Origin: Azolla caroliniana
Taxonomy: Eukaryota > Plantae > Polypodiophyta
Length of the DNA stretch: 64,000 nt
Reading direction: 5' to 3'
Assembly: GCA_043228905.1 (NCBI GenBank)
Contig: JBHGNT010000008.1
Span: 11,098,001 to 11,162,000 of the forward strand
Both the position numbers and the translations under genes were made by a program. The notes below the pieces were generated by a model that saw only the letters and a list, made by a program, of their open reading frames with translations, did not search any database and was not told the DNA's origin. Positions 24,299-37,100 of the stretch are shown here, in pieces. Positions within the stretch are counted from its first letter, which is position 1, and each line of letters begins with the position of its first letter.

Positions 24299-27200
24299 GA
24301 AGAGGTCGTTGCCTCTGTGTATTACCGCCGCCTGTGGCGAAGACAGTGAGCTCAAGGTTGTTGCCTTGTAGCTTCACCATTGTACATCTCTGTTTATAGT
24401 GATAGCGGGAGTTTGAGGACTCCCGTGGTTTTTCCCGTATAGGGTTTTCCACGTTAATCCCTGTGTTATTGTGTCTTTCTCTGTATTTCCCATTTTCTGC
24501 AACAACGATTCGTGTGTTTCCTTGGTTGTGGCCGAGAGGTGAAGGTGAATCGGAGCGTCGATTCTCAACAAGTGGTATCAGAGCGAACTGCTGCAGAAAA
24601 TGGAAGGCGGCGGCAGCGGGCAGCCGGGGATGATGGTGCTGAATGCGCAGAATTACGCCGACTGGAAGATCAAGATGGAGGATCTTCTGATTGTTTGGGA
24701 CCTGTACGAACCGATTGACAGGTCGGAAATACCGAAGGGGGTACTTGAGTCGGAATGGAGGCTTCTGAACCGGAAAGCCGTTGCAACCATTCGGCAATAC
24801 GTCGACGTGAGCGTTCTACAACATGTGGCGAACGACATCAACGCATATGAGATGTGGCGGAAGCTGTCGGGCCTCTACGAGAGGAAGAATGCGTTGAACC
24901 GGACCTCCCTGATGAGGAAGATAGTGAACCTCAAGTACCGGGACGGCGAGAGTATGGTGGAACACGTAAGCACGTTCATGGGATTCGTGAACCAGCTTGC
25001 GGCGATCAAGTTCCCGTTGGAGGATGCAATGCAAGCCATCATTCTGATGTGTACATTGCCGGAAAGCTGGGAGAACTTGGTGGTGACTCTCAGCACCTCC
25101 TGCACCGAAGATAACTTGTCCCTACAAACGGTAAAGACAAGTATTTTGAACGAAGAAGCGCGTCGGAGAGATAAAGAACCGGCCTCCGACTCGAAGGCGC
25201 TGCTTACCGAATCGGAACGGGGAAGACAATGGAACCGGAGTCCGCAAAGACGGGAGAAGTCGGGGACCCGGTCGCAGTCAAGAGGAAGGCCCACATGCTT
25301 CCACTGTGGGAAGCCGGGGCACTTCCGAAAGAATTGTCGGCATTACCGAAAAGACAACGGAGCCGACGACACCGATTCGAAGAAGTCACCGGAGCGAAAC
25401 GGTGCATACCGGGGAGCCACGGACCGGAGAGGTCCGGATCGGCGAGGGCAGGACCGGAAAGGAACGACGGCACTCGCGGCAAGTGAAGAGGAGATCATGC
25501 TCATCACCGAAGAAGGTGAACTAAACATTGCCGGCGATGAGACGACCTGGGTGGTCGATTCCGGAGCATCGTTCCACCTGACCCCGGAGAGAAGATACTT
25601 CTCATCCTACACAGCCGGTGAGCATGGCTGCGTTCGGATGGGAAATGAAGGTACGTGTCGGATTGCCGGCATAGGAGACGTGTGGTTAACAACCTCGACC
25701 GGATGCAAAATGCTGCTGAAGGATGTCCGACACGTTCCGGAGGTTCGATTGAACCTGATTTCGGCCGGGAGGCTAGATGATGAAGGCTACACAGGTAGCA
25801 TCCGGAACGGCATAATGAAGTTCAGCAAGGGGAGTCTGATAGTGGCTCGGGCCCGGAAAGTTAACACGTTGTACCTGATGAATGCCCGGTTATGTCCGGA
25901 AGAGCTGAACGTGGCAGCCGACACTGCCGGTGAGCTGTGTGGCACAAGAGACTGTGCCACATGAGTGAGAAGGGGATGAAGAGGCTTGCAGATGACAACC
26001 TCATTCCAGTCAAGCATGTGCACCTGGAGAAGTGCACTGATTGCCTGGCCGGTAAACAGAACCGAACCTCCTTCCACTCAAGGCCACCGACGAGACGTAG
26101 TGTACCATTCGAGTTGGTACACACTGACGTGTGTCAAGTAGAAACGAAGTCACATGGCGGAGCCCAGTACTTCGTGACATTCATTGATGACCACAGCCGG
26201 AAGCTGTGGACGGCACCGTTGAAGACAAAGGACCAAGTATTGTCCGTCTTCAAAGAACTCCACGCGAGAGTGGAAAGAGAATCCGGCAAGAAGCTGAAAG
26301 CGATACGAGCGGATAACGGAGGAGAATACCGAGGGCAATTTGAGGAGTATTGCCGTTCAATGGGAATCCGGCTCGAGTTTACTGTGCCGAAGACGCCGGA
26401 ACTGAACGGGCTGGCCGAGAGGATGAACCGGACCATAATGGAGAGGGTCCGGAGTATGCTGGCGCATGCGAAATTACCCAAGGGGTTTTGGGCTGAGGCA
26501 ATGTCGACGGCGACATACGTGATTAACAGATCACCCTCAGTACCTTTGGACGGAGACACGCCGCAGAGAGTGTGGACCGGTAGGGAAGTGTCCTACCGGC
26601 ATCTGAAGGTGTTCGGGTGTCTCGCATACGTGCATGTGGCAAAGGACCAGAGAGGAAAGCTAGATCCAAAGACCCGGCCATGCATATTCCTCGGTTACGG
26701 CGACGACGAGTTCGGCTACCGAGTATGGGACCCGGTCGACAAGAAGATATTCAGGAGTCGAGACATCATCTTCATGGAGGACAAGACACTCGCCGACTGG
26801 GAGTCGGAGAAGAAGATGAAGAGCTCCAAGTCGACCAGTGAGGATCAACTCTACAAAGAGCAGTCCCGACCGGCAAGGGACCGGTTAGCACTCGAGGATC
26901 CGGCCGAAGTCGGTGAAGAAACAGAACCGGCCGAGGAAGATGAAACTGATACCGGAACCGGCCCTGATCCCGAAATGGATTCGGATGAAGAGGAAATGGA
27001 GGAGCCGGTTACCGAAGCTCCGGAACGGAGATATCCTCTAAGAGAGAGAAGGGCTCCCCGGAGATTTCCGGAACCAGAGCACGTGCTGCTAACCGACGAG
27101 GGGGAGCCGGAGAGCTTTGAAGAAGCGAAGCATGACACTCATAGCCGCAGGTGGTTAAGTGCCATGCAGGAGGAGATGGATTCCCTGCATGAGAACCACA

Positions 27201-29050
27201 CATATGAACTTGTGGAGTTGCCGAAAGGAAAACAGGCACTCCGTAACAAGTGGGTGTTCAAGCTGAAACCGGGAGATGCCGGAAACCCCCCGAGATACAA
27301 AGCCAGGATCGTGGTGAAGGGGTTCCAGCAGAAGAAGGGCGTCGACTTCGACGAGATATTTTCCCTGGTAGTGAAGATGACCTCCATCCGGACGGTGCTG
27401 AGCATAGCGGCAAGCATGGACCTCGAGGTAGAACAGATGGACGTGAAGACGACATTCCTTCACGGTGACCTCGAAGAAGAGATATACATGCAGCAACCGG
27501 AAGGATTCGAGAAGAAAGAGAAGGAGCACTTGGTATGCCGGTTGAAGAAGAGCCTTTATGGTTTGAAGCAGGCTCCCCGGCAGTGGTACTGGAAATTCGA
27601 CTCCTTCATGACCGACGAAGGGTACCACAAAACGCAGTCTGATCACTGCGTGTTTGTGAGGAAGTTCGAAGGAGGAGACTTTCTAATACTCCTCCTGTAC
27701 GTGGACGACATGTTGATCGTCGGACGGGACCAGGTCAAGATACGGATGCTGAAGAAAGCGCTTCACCGAACCTTCTCAATGAAGGACCTGGGTCCGGTGA
27801 GGCAAATACTAGGGATGCACATCATCCGGGACCGGAAGAAGAAGCAGTTGTGGCTGTCACAGGAGAAGTACGTGACAAAGGTGCTTCACCGGTTCAACAT
27901 GTCGGAAGCAAGACCGGTCGGGTCAACGCTCCCGACAAACTGCAAGCTGTCCAGCAAGCAAAGCCCCAAGACAAAGGCTGAGAAGGAGGACATGATGAAA
28001 GTACCATATGCCTCTGCCGTCGGGAGCTTGATGTACGCAATGGTGTGTACCCGACCGGACATAGGATATGCAGTCGGAGTGGTGAGCCGGTACATGAGCA
28101 ATCCCGGCAAAGAGCATTGGAACGCGGCCAAGTGGATACTCCGATACCTGAAGGGCACAGCAAACGTGTGCCTCCGATTCGGCTCCGGTAAACCCGAACT
28201 CGACGGCTTCACCGATTCGGATATGTCGGCTGATGCAGATACCAACCGGTCCACATCAGGGTATGTGATGACGTATGTAGGGGGAGCTGTTTCCTGGCAG
28301 TCGAGGCTGCAGAAGACGGTTGCGTTGTCAACCACGGAGGCGGAGTACATGGCGGCTGTTGAAGCCGGCAAGGAAATAATATGGATGAAGGACTTCATTA
28401 GAGAGCTCGGTATCCGGCAGGAGGAGTACCGACTCTACTGCAATAGTCAGAGTGCCATCCACCTTGCGAAGAACGCGGCCTATCACTCCCGGACGAAGCA
28501 CATCCAGCGAAGATATCACTAGATCCGGGAAAGGATAGAAGACCAGGAGTTCGTGCTGACGAAGATCCACACGGACGAGAACGGGTCGGATATGCTGACC
28601 AAGGTGCTCACACCCGACAAGCTGGAAGCATGCCGGAAGAGGATCGGATTGGAGAGACATCCCATGCCGAAGTGAAGGGGGAGTTTGTTGGGATTTCGGT
28701 CCCTCCGGATGGGACGTCCGGAGATGAAGACCCCGGCTACGGAGCCGGATGATGAAGACCCCGGTTACGGAGCCGGATGATGAAGACCCCGGTTACGGAG
28801 CCGGATGATGAAGACCCCGGCTACGGAGCCGGATGATGAAGACTCCGGTTACGGAGCCGGATGACGAATGTACCCGGAGAGAGATCCGGATGCGGGGACA
28901 TATTTGTGAATATGTTTGCCAAGGGCCCTTGAGGCCATATTTGTAAATAGCCCGAAAGTCATATGTGTATAAATATGACTTAGGGCAAACAGTTTTTGTT
29001 GTTGTTGCTCGTTTTCTAGTTTTTCCACTTAGAGGGAGCTAAGTGAGCAG

Positions 29051-29087
<37 letters not shown>

Positions 29088-29359
29088 GAAGAGGTCGTTG
29101 CCTCTGTGTATTACCGCCGCCTGTGGCGAAGACAGTGAGCTCAAGGTTGTTGCCTTGTAGCTTCACCATTGTACATCTCTGTTTATAGTGATAGTGGGAG
29201 TTTGAGGACTCCCGTGGTTTTTCCCGTATAGGGTTTTCCACGTTAATCCCTGTGTTATTGTGTCTTTCTCTGTATTTCCCATTTTCTGCAACAACGATTC
29301 GTGTGTTTCCTTGGTTGTGGCCGAGAGGTGAAGGTGAATCGGAGCGTCGATTCTCAACA
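23949..29359 (+). mobile_element. Ty1/copia element A2 (Tork/Tnt1-like), full length and young
   Basis: Near-identical LTRs 23949-24570 and 28686-29359; TSD AGCGC; PBS TGGTATCAGAGC at 24573-24584; PPT before 28686. Confidence 0.97.
24600..28675 (+). pseudogene. A2 gag-PR-INT-RT-RH polyprotein; 2-bp insertion near 25938 and TAG at 28520
   Basis: ORFs 24600-25964 (CFHCGKPGHFRKNC, WVVDSGASFH) and 25937-28522. GAGCTGTGTGG here versus GAGCTGTGG in A4. Confidence 0.95.
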
Positions 29360-29422
29360 AGCGCGAGGGTTGAGAACCTCTCTGCAGCCGACACAGCTTG
29401 ACGAAGAAGAACAAGAAGAACG

Positions 29423-32400
29423 ATGGATAGAGGCATGGCGAGCTCGCTTCCAACAGAGAAGCTCGACAGAACCAACTACGCGTCTTGGTCCTACAAGATG
29501 CACCAGTACCTGCTCGGGCACGACTACTGGAGTTATGTCGAAGGAGCTAATGACGCGGCACCCGAATCGACACACAGAGACTTCCCGTCTTGGGAGCAAT
29601 CGGCGACAGGGTATTATACTGCTTCGCATCGTGTGTGAGCGAACAACTATTGAGCTATGTTCGAGATGCAAAGATGACGAAGGGTGCGTGGGAAAATCTG
29701 AAGAAGATTTTCGCCGCGAGCACCACTGCCAGGAAGCTTCAGCTCCGATAGGAGTTGAGCAACCTACGACAACACGACTTTTCGGTGGCGGACTATACCT
29801 TGAAGATCAAGGATATCTGCGACTCCCTCGCCTCCATAGAGGTGAAAATCGAGGAGAGCGAGATGGTCCAGATCTGTCTCGGAGGTTTGGCGTCGAAGTT
29901 CGGAGCGTTCTGAACGGCTGTGTGTACCCGGGAGAATACGCCGTCCTTTTTCGACTTACAGTCAATGCTCCTGGTAGAGGAGAACCACGCAGGTGCGTCT
30001 ACAAGCACGCACACCGATAGCAGAATGTTGTACACGGAGGGAGATAGGCCCCGTGGACGTGGAGGACGAGGCGAGTCGGCGCGCAATGGAGGCGGCCGAC
30101 GAGATCAAGGAAGAAGGCACCGAAAAACAGGGGGAGTCGAAGCGATGAGACTCGGCAAGGGAAGGCCATCGCGGAGTGCTGGTACTGTGGCAAGAAAGGC
30201 CACAGGGAAAGTGAGTGCTGGAAGAAGCGCGCCGATTCGGAGAGAACAGGTTCCGGAAACGGCTCTGGACATACCGACAAGGGAAATCGGCAGCGATCGC
30301 ACTATGCCAAAGACTCTGGGTGAGCCGGAGAAGGGTCTGCCTTCGTGACGAGACACGAAGCAAACTCAATGAAACGGACCACCCCGAGATCGGACGAGGT
30401 GTGGTACGTAGAATCCGGCGCGTCAAACCACATGACGAGCCATAAGGAGTGGTTCTCTTACCTTGAAAAACTGATACAACCTGGAGTAGTCGCAACTGGA
30501 GATGACACTCCGCATCCAATCGCGAATGTCAGAGAAGTTCCCCTTAGCCATGTCAGGCAGAGAGGGAAACTCATGAACGTGTTGCACGTTCTGACAATCA
30601 CGAAGAACTTGGTCTCGGTCAGATAGATCATCAACCAAGGGATGGAGGTTCGGTAGCATTGCGTATTTCGGCGCACGAGCTATATTTCGGAACGAAGCCG
30701 AACTTGCGACACTTGAGGGTGTTCGGTAGCATTGCGTATGTGCATGTACCGAAGGAGAAAAGGAGGAAGCTGGACGCAAAGGCCGAGAAATGCATCTTAG
30801 TCGGTTACTCGGACGAGCAGAAGGGTTATAAGTGCTATAACCCTCGCACCAAACAAGCGTGTGTTAGCCACGACGTTGTGTTTGACGAGTCCGCGTCCTG
30901 GTACCAGCCCCCGACTCCGAACCCCAACTCCAATCCGAGTTCTGACGATGATGTCAGCGAGGCCGAGATGCCTCCGGATGAGCCCAAAATCGAGACCCGC
31001 GAAGAGAGTCCGATTTCACTCCGTTTAAGTGGACCAATTGGACGACTGTGTCGGTACGATCAGTTCGATGAAGAGCCGGCGAGTAGTGGAGACTCGGCCG
31101 TGCATTCTCCGCACAGGAAGCCGAGGAGATGGGTTACGCACAGAGATAAGGGAAAGAAGAAGGTGTCGGATTCCGGCACGGATAGGAACGAGTCAGACCG
31201 ACGCGAGTCAGACTCCAAGGGAACCGGTGACGGGTCTTTAAAGGTGAAGTTTGTGTCGACCGAGAAGGCCTCGACATCGGCTAATGTGAGATTACGCCGA
31301 TCTACCCGCCAGAAGAATCCTGTTTTGCGGTTCGGATACAATGAGTACATGGCGTATCACTATGCGTACATGACCCGTATAGCGGAAGTGCGTGAGCCGG
31401 AGAGCTACGCAGAAGCGGCGAAGGATGCGAATTGGCGCGCCGCGATGGAGGAAGAGATGCACGCATTGGCGGAAAACGAGACCTGGGATCTGGTTGACGA
31501 CCGAAGGGTGTGAAGCCGATCGGATGTAGGTGGGTGTGCAAGGTCAAGTACAACACCGACGGCTCGGTCAACCGATACAAGGCCCGGTTAGTGGCAAAAT
31601 GTTACGCGCAGAAACACGACATCGACTACAATGAGACGTTTGCGTCGGTCGCGAAAATGACGACCGTCCGTGTTTTGCTTGTAGTAGCTGCGGTGAAGGG
31701 GTGGCACTTACATCAGATGGATGTAAAGAATGCGTTCCTGCAAGGTGACCTTGAGGAACAGGTGTACATGGTACAACCCCCCGGATTTCACTCTGGAAAG
31801 AACTCCTCGGCAATATGCCGACTGAAGAAGTCCCTTAACGGATTGAAGCAAGCCCCTTGTGCCTGGAACGCGAAGATCCCGCAATAACTGCGTTGGATGG
31901 GCTTCGTCACGTCAAAATTGGACTCTTCCTTGTTCATCCGGAAAGGTCGACTCAGACCGGTTAGTATTTTACTATATGTTGATGACTTGGTCATCACCGG
32001 CGCCGACCTAGGTGAAATCGACCACGTGAAGCTCCAGCTTGCAGCATCGTTCGACATGAAGGATCTGGGGGACCTTCATTACTTCCTCGGGATCGAAGTG
32101 ATCCGTACCCCCGAAGGCATATTGATCAGCCAACGTCATTACGTGCTGAGTATGCTCTTCAAATTCGGGATGGCCGACTGTAAGTCCGTCTCGACTCCTC
32201 TAGACAGAACCGTCAAGCTTCATCCCGATACGGGAAAGGTATGTGACCCGACGAGGTTCTGGCAAATTGTCGGCAACCTCATATACTTGATCAGTCAGTT
32301 CATGGCGCGACCTACCGAGGAGCACCTCCAGTGTGCGCAACGCATACTTCGGTATGTCAACGGCACTAAGGACCGGGGACTGCTATATCGGACCGGTGCA

Positions 32401-33432
32401 GCCGCGCAGTTAGTCGGCTACACCAATGCTGATTGGGCTGGCAATGCTGCCGATCGCCAATCCACATCCGGATACGCGTTCTCCCTCGGGAGTTGCGCGA
32501 TCGCGTGGAGTAGTAAGAAGCAGCCAACAGTTGCACTGTCGAGCACCGAAGCTGAGTACCGAGGAGCGGTTGTCGCGACATGCAAAGCTATATGGTTGAA
32601 GCGGCTACTTAGGGACCTGCAAGAGGAGGTGTCAGATCCAACGAGGATCTATTGCGACAACCTCCGCAGCATCCAGCTCGCGAAAAACCCTGTTTTCCAC
32701 GCACGGACCAAGCACATTCAGGTGCACTACCATTTCGTCCGTGAGCGTGTCCTTTCTGGTGAAGTCGAACTTTAGTACGTTCTGACGGATCGGTAGACTA
32801 CCGACATCTTCACCAAACCTCTTGGTCTGGACAAGTTGCGGCAATTCTCGGGTGCGCTCGGATTGCGTCACCTCGACGTGCCAAACTTGAGGGGGAGAAC
32901 AGTCCCGAACGACCAAGCAAGGTAGCAGGAAAGGAGTGGAGACCGCGACACCGAGTCGGTTGACTCGGTTGTCGAGTTCGACTTCGGATCGGCTGAAGAA
33001 GCCGAGGGCGGACCCACGGAAAAGTCCGGAAGCGGACAAAAGGGGAGTAGCCGAAGGAGAGAGCCGAAGCCAACCACGCATGGGGAAGATGACGTCATCG
33101 AGGGCGAGAAGACCGAAGACAAGTTGGAAACAGCCAACTCGGATGAGAGCGAAAACCGATCGGAGGTAGCCGAGTCGGTTCGGATGTTTGATTCAGATAC
33201 GCTGAATCAACCGAGGCCCAAGAGGAAGAAAAGGCAGCAGGAGAAGCGTCAACACCGCAACAACAGAAGAGCTGATAAGGGCCACATGAGCAGACAAGCC
33301 GACCGGAAGGGTCGAAGCACGCGGAGTCGAACAGGTCGTGGAGCGCGAGAAAGGCGTGAAGCCAGGAGGAACCAGAGCTGTGAGCCTGAAGATCCCGAAG
33401 AGCCTCAAGTTGAGCTTGAGGGGGAGTGTTGA
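29423..33432 (+). pseudogene. B1 gag-pol (fragmented)
   Basis: [70 protein letters not shown] and ARTKHI motifs. Confidence 0.9.
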
Positions 33433-33869
33433 GAGACAAGCTCAACATCGGCCGGATCAGCTGAAGAAGCCGAGGACCGGATCGGTACGTAAACCGGTAC
33501 GTAAACCGGTATGCAGACCGGTGCATAGGTAGGGCCGGATCGGTGCGTAAACCGGGAGGCCGTTAGGAAAGATATTCCGTGAGGAATATATTTGGGAGTT
33601 AGTGTAGGAGCTCTTCATGAGCATTGAAGTACTGTCAGTACTTTAGTCAGTCCTTCTAGGACTTGTATAAAAGTGTTCATTGAACACACATATGTATATA
33701 GGGTGGGAAATAGAGATTGAGTACTGTTGTTGAATATAGTTCTTGTTTTTTCTCTCTCTCTGTCTCTGTCACTCCCGCGTATACTGCATAAGCTCAAGCT
33801 CTCCATTAAACCTGAGTTTTCTTCCTTCTATTCGGTCTTCATACTTGCTTCCGCACGTTACTTTTTGCA

Positions 33870-34188
33870 ACTAGTAGTTTCTGTAGCCGTACTTTTTCGG
33901 ATTTCCCCTCTAGTAGCCGGACTCGTACTTGAATCCGCAGACTGGCTACTTGGAATTCGACCGGCATCACGACCTCCAGACCAAATGCTAGCCTGAAAGG
34001 CGTTGATTGTATCCTAGTTTTATAGCTGGTACAATATGCCCATAACGCGTTGTGCAATTTGATATCCCAATCCGTTCTGTTCTCATTGACTATCTTTTTA
34101 AGGATAATTTGTAGGGTTTTGTTCGTGGATTCCGCCAAGCCATTCGCATGTGGGTAATATGGCGTACTTTTTTTGTGAACCACAACGT
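33870..34188 (-). pseudogene. G3 integrase core segment
   Basis: HKKSTPYYPHANGLAESTNKTL..DW..ALWAY..TPFRLAFG. Confidence 0.9.
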
Positions 34189-37100
34189 TGTTGTGAAGAT
34201 TTTCGTCCACAAGCGGAAACCCGAGCAACGAGAGCCAAAGAGCGATGTGCAATGTTGCACACGTACATAATGTATTTGTAATAGTAGTAAAGGTATAAAG
34301 GTGATGTGGTTGTACGCACATCCACGCGAGAGAGAGAGAGAGAGAGGTACTATGCGGTACATAGGTACCTAGTTGTTTGTGAGGAGGTGGGAGTTAAGGG
34401 GCCATCAATCTCACCCTCCCCCAAATCAAGGCAAATATCCCCTTTGAATGAAAGGGGATATTTTAGTCTCACATTTGTAAGCGGTCTTCCCTCCTTGTAC
34501 TATAAAAGGAGAGAGAAGGCACCATTGTGGGGGTTGCCTATTTTGAGTGTGCGAGGTATACCACGTAGGTCGAGCATTAGGGTTAGGGTTAGGGTTTTCG
34601 AGTAGTCGTTTGGTGCGGCCATGGCGGCCACCATTTGTTGTAATCATTCACTTCTTAATAGAACTTCTTGTTGAGTATCTTGATTGCATCTTCTTCTTCT
34701 ATCATAATATCATATTCATTCTCTTCTCCTCTTGAGCTAATCTTTCTCCTCCACTCCCTAGTCCAAGACCCCCGTGGTCCCGCCCTTCTACACGCACGCG
34801 CGTAATAACGCGACATATTTGGTGAACCCGACGTGAAGGGCGGCAAGGGAGCATGGAGATGGAAGAAGACTTCGACTTCGAGGAGATGATGGCAAAAATC
34901 GTGATGGAAGCCAGACGGAAGATGGCGAAGCGAGATGCGGCTCAACAAGCCGTCGAAAGGGTGGTCGATCGAGTCGGCCGGTTCAATGGGAATGAGGTCC
35001 CAAGATTTTTGGGAGCCTACAAGGCCAAGATGGCGAAAGGGGGCGTAGACTAGGCGATGCGGCTAGAGTATTTTCCTCGAGTGGCGGCCGTTTCGGTGCA
35101 CAAGGAGGTCAAGGAGCTACGAGAAGCTCATGATTCGTGGGTGTCCTTTGAGGGAGCCCTATTGGAGGTGTATGGGTACACGGAACCGGAAGGAAGAGGT
35201 CGACATGAGTTCGATCGGTGGGTGTGCCGGCAACATGATTCGAGGCAGATGGCCACAACACGGCCCGTGAGCGGCGGAGAAGAGAGAGCGGTAAGTGGGT
35301 ACGCACTACCGCCGGAAGAGAGCTCAACGCAAAACAGTTCGGAGGAGCTCGACCTAGAAGCGCTAATACGGGAGGCATGCGAGCTTGTGAAGGGGAAAAT
35401 CGAAGCCGAAGAAGGGCTTATTATGGAGTCAGGCCGGAGGCGATCGGAGGATGAGGAGGCCGAAAGAGAATGGTACATCGGTACCACGGGAGAGGGTGCG
35501 GAGCGAGCCACCCTCTCGACATGCGGAAAAAGATCGACCGAGGACGAGGTCGGGGACGATTCGAGCGGACATGAGGGAGTTCGGGCACGGAGGCCCGAAA
35601 CATCGAGCGGGGAGAAGACGGGCGGTGGTGCCGCGACCTTACGCACACCGGGCCTAGAGACTCCGGCAACCAGTCCGAGAGCCGGTGTGAGACCTAGAGT
35701 GACGGGCGGTGGCGGCGGCAAGGCGGGCGACCACGACGGCAACGATGTGGGAGAGGGTGCGGAAAGAGCGACTCTCTCGTCTTGCGGCGAATGGACGGCC
35801 ATGGAGGCCGGTAACTACGGATTCGGGACATGGCGGCCCGAAACATCGAGGGAGGAGGAGACAAGCGGCGGTGCCGCGACCTTACGCACACCGGGCCTAG
35901 AGACTCCGGCAACCGGCCCGAGAGCCAGTGTGAGACGTAGAGTGACGGACGGTGGCAGCGGCAAGGCGGGCAACCAAGACAACGGTAAGGAGACCGTGGA
36001 AGAGGAGGCGGCAAGCATAATTAATGCTTGCATATACAGAGGCGGGGTAGCCACGGAAGACGATGTCCGAATGGAGGTGGCTACGGGCATAGCATTGATG
36101 AGCGGCGGCGGTGCTACCTTACACGCACCGGTTCAAGAGACCCCGGCGGACGGCCCGAGTGCCCGCGTGAGACCTAGGGTAATGAACGGTGGCGGCGGCA
36201 AGGCGGACGACCACAACGACGATGTGGGAGAGGGTGCGGAGCGAGCGACCCTCTCGACTTGTGGAAAGAGGACGGCCATGGAAGAGGTCGACATCTACAG
36301 AGCAATGGACGCCACTTCGAGAGTGGGCGAAAGTTTTGGGACGCGGTTGCCCGAAACGTTCTACGAGGATTTCGCGAGCATACTCGAGGCTTGCGAAATC
36401 GAGGAAGAAGAGGAGACGAGCGGCGGTACCGCGACCTTCCACACACCAGTGCTAGAGACTCCGGCGATCGGCCCAAGAGCCGGTGTGAGACCTAGAGAGA
36501 CGGACGGTGGCGGCGGCAAGGCGGGCAACCGAAATGACGAAGAGGAGGTTTGTAGCGGACGGAGGCGAGATCCCTCGACACCGGGGCCGGAGACTTCGGC
36601 GGTTGCGCCCGAGCGCGGACATAAGACCGGGGAGATGGGCGGTGGCCGTGAGGATGAGAGGACCGGAGTGGGTACGTGCGAAAAGACCGAAGGAGAGGCC
36701 CGGAGTAGCATCGAGGAGTGAGTCGGGAACCGACCCGACCGAAAGATGAGCCGGTCGGTAATCCGACCCGACCGGGAGGCGGAGCGGAAGAAGAGTGAAG
36801 CGGGGGCCGGTCAACCGGGCACGAACCGAAGGAAGCCGGCAAGACCGGGATTGTTTGATCGATTTGTGGCCGGCCGGGTACGGTTACGGTGGGAGCCGGT
36901 GAGAGCGAGAAGGAGGCCTAGTGGGCACGGTGATCACGGCTTGCTAGAAGACCGAGAGCGAGAGGGACATTCCACACCCATTCTAGAGACTTCGGCGGTT
37001 GCGGATCAACGTGAGACCGGAGAGACGGCAGGTGGCGGCGAGGACGCGGAGGTTGGGTCTACGGCGGATGAAGGGCGTAACACGAAGCATGCACTACGGT

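Larger units (their letters stand above)
23472..33869 (+). mobile_element. Ty1/copia element B1 (integrase core deleted), containing A2
   Basis: LTRs 23472-23934 (TG mutated to TC) and 33427-33869; TSD ACTAG; PBS TGGTATCAAAGC abutting the LTR at 23935; PPT TTGAGGGGGAG at 33416-33426. Confidence 0.94.

Noticed and set aside
28720-28865. 27-bp direct repeats resembling a CRISPR array
   Set aside because: The units are head-to-tail with no unique spacers, lie inside an LTR, and have no cas genes nearby; the context is eukaryotic.
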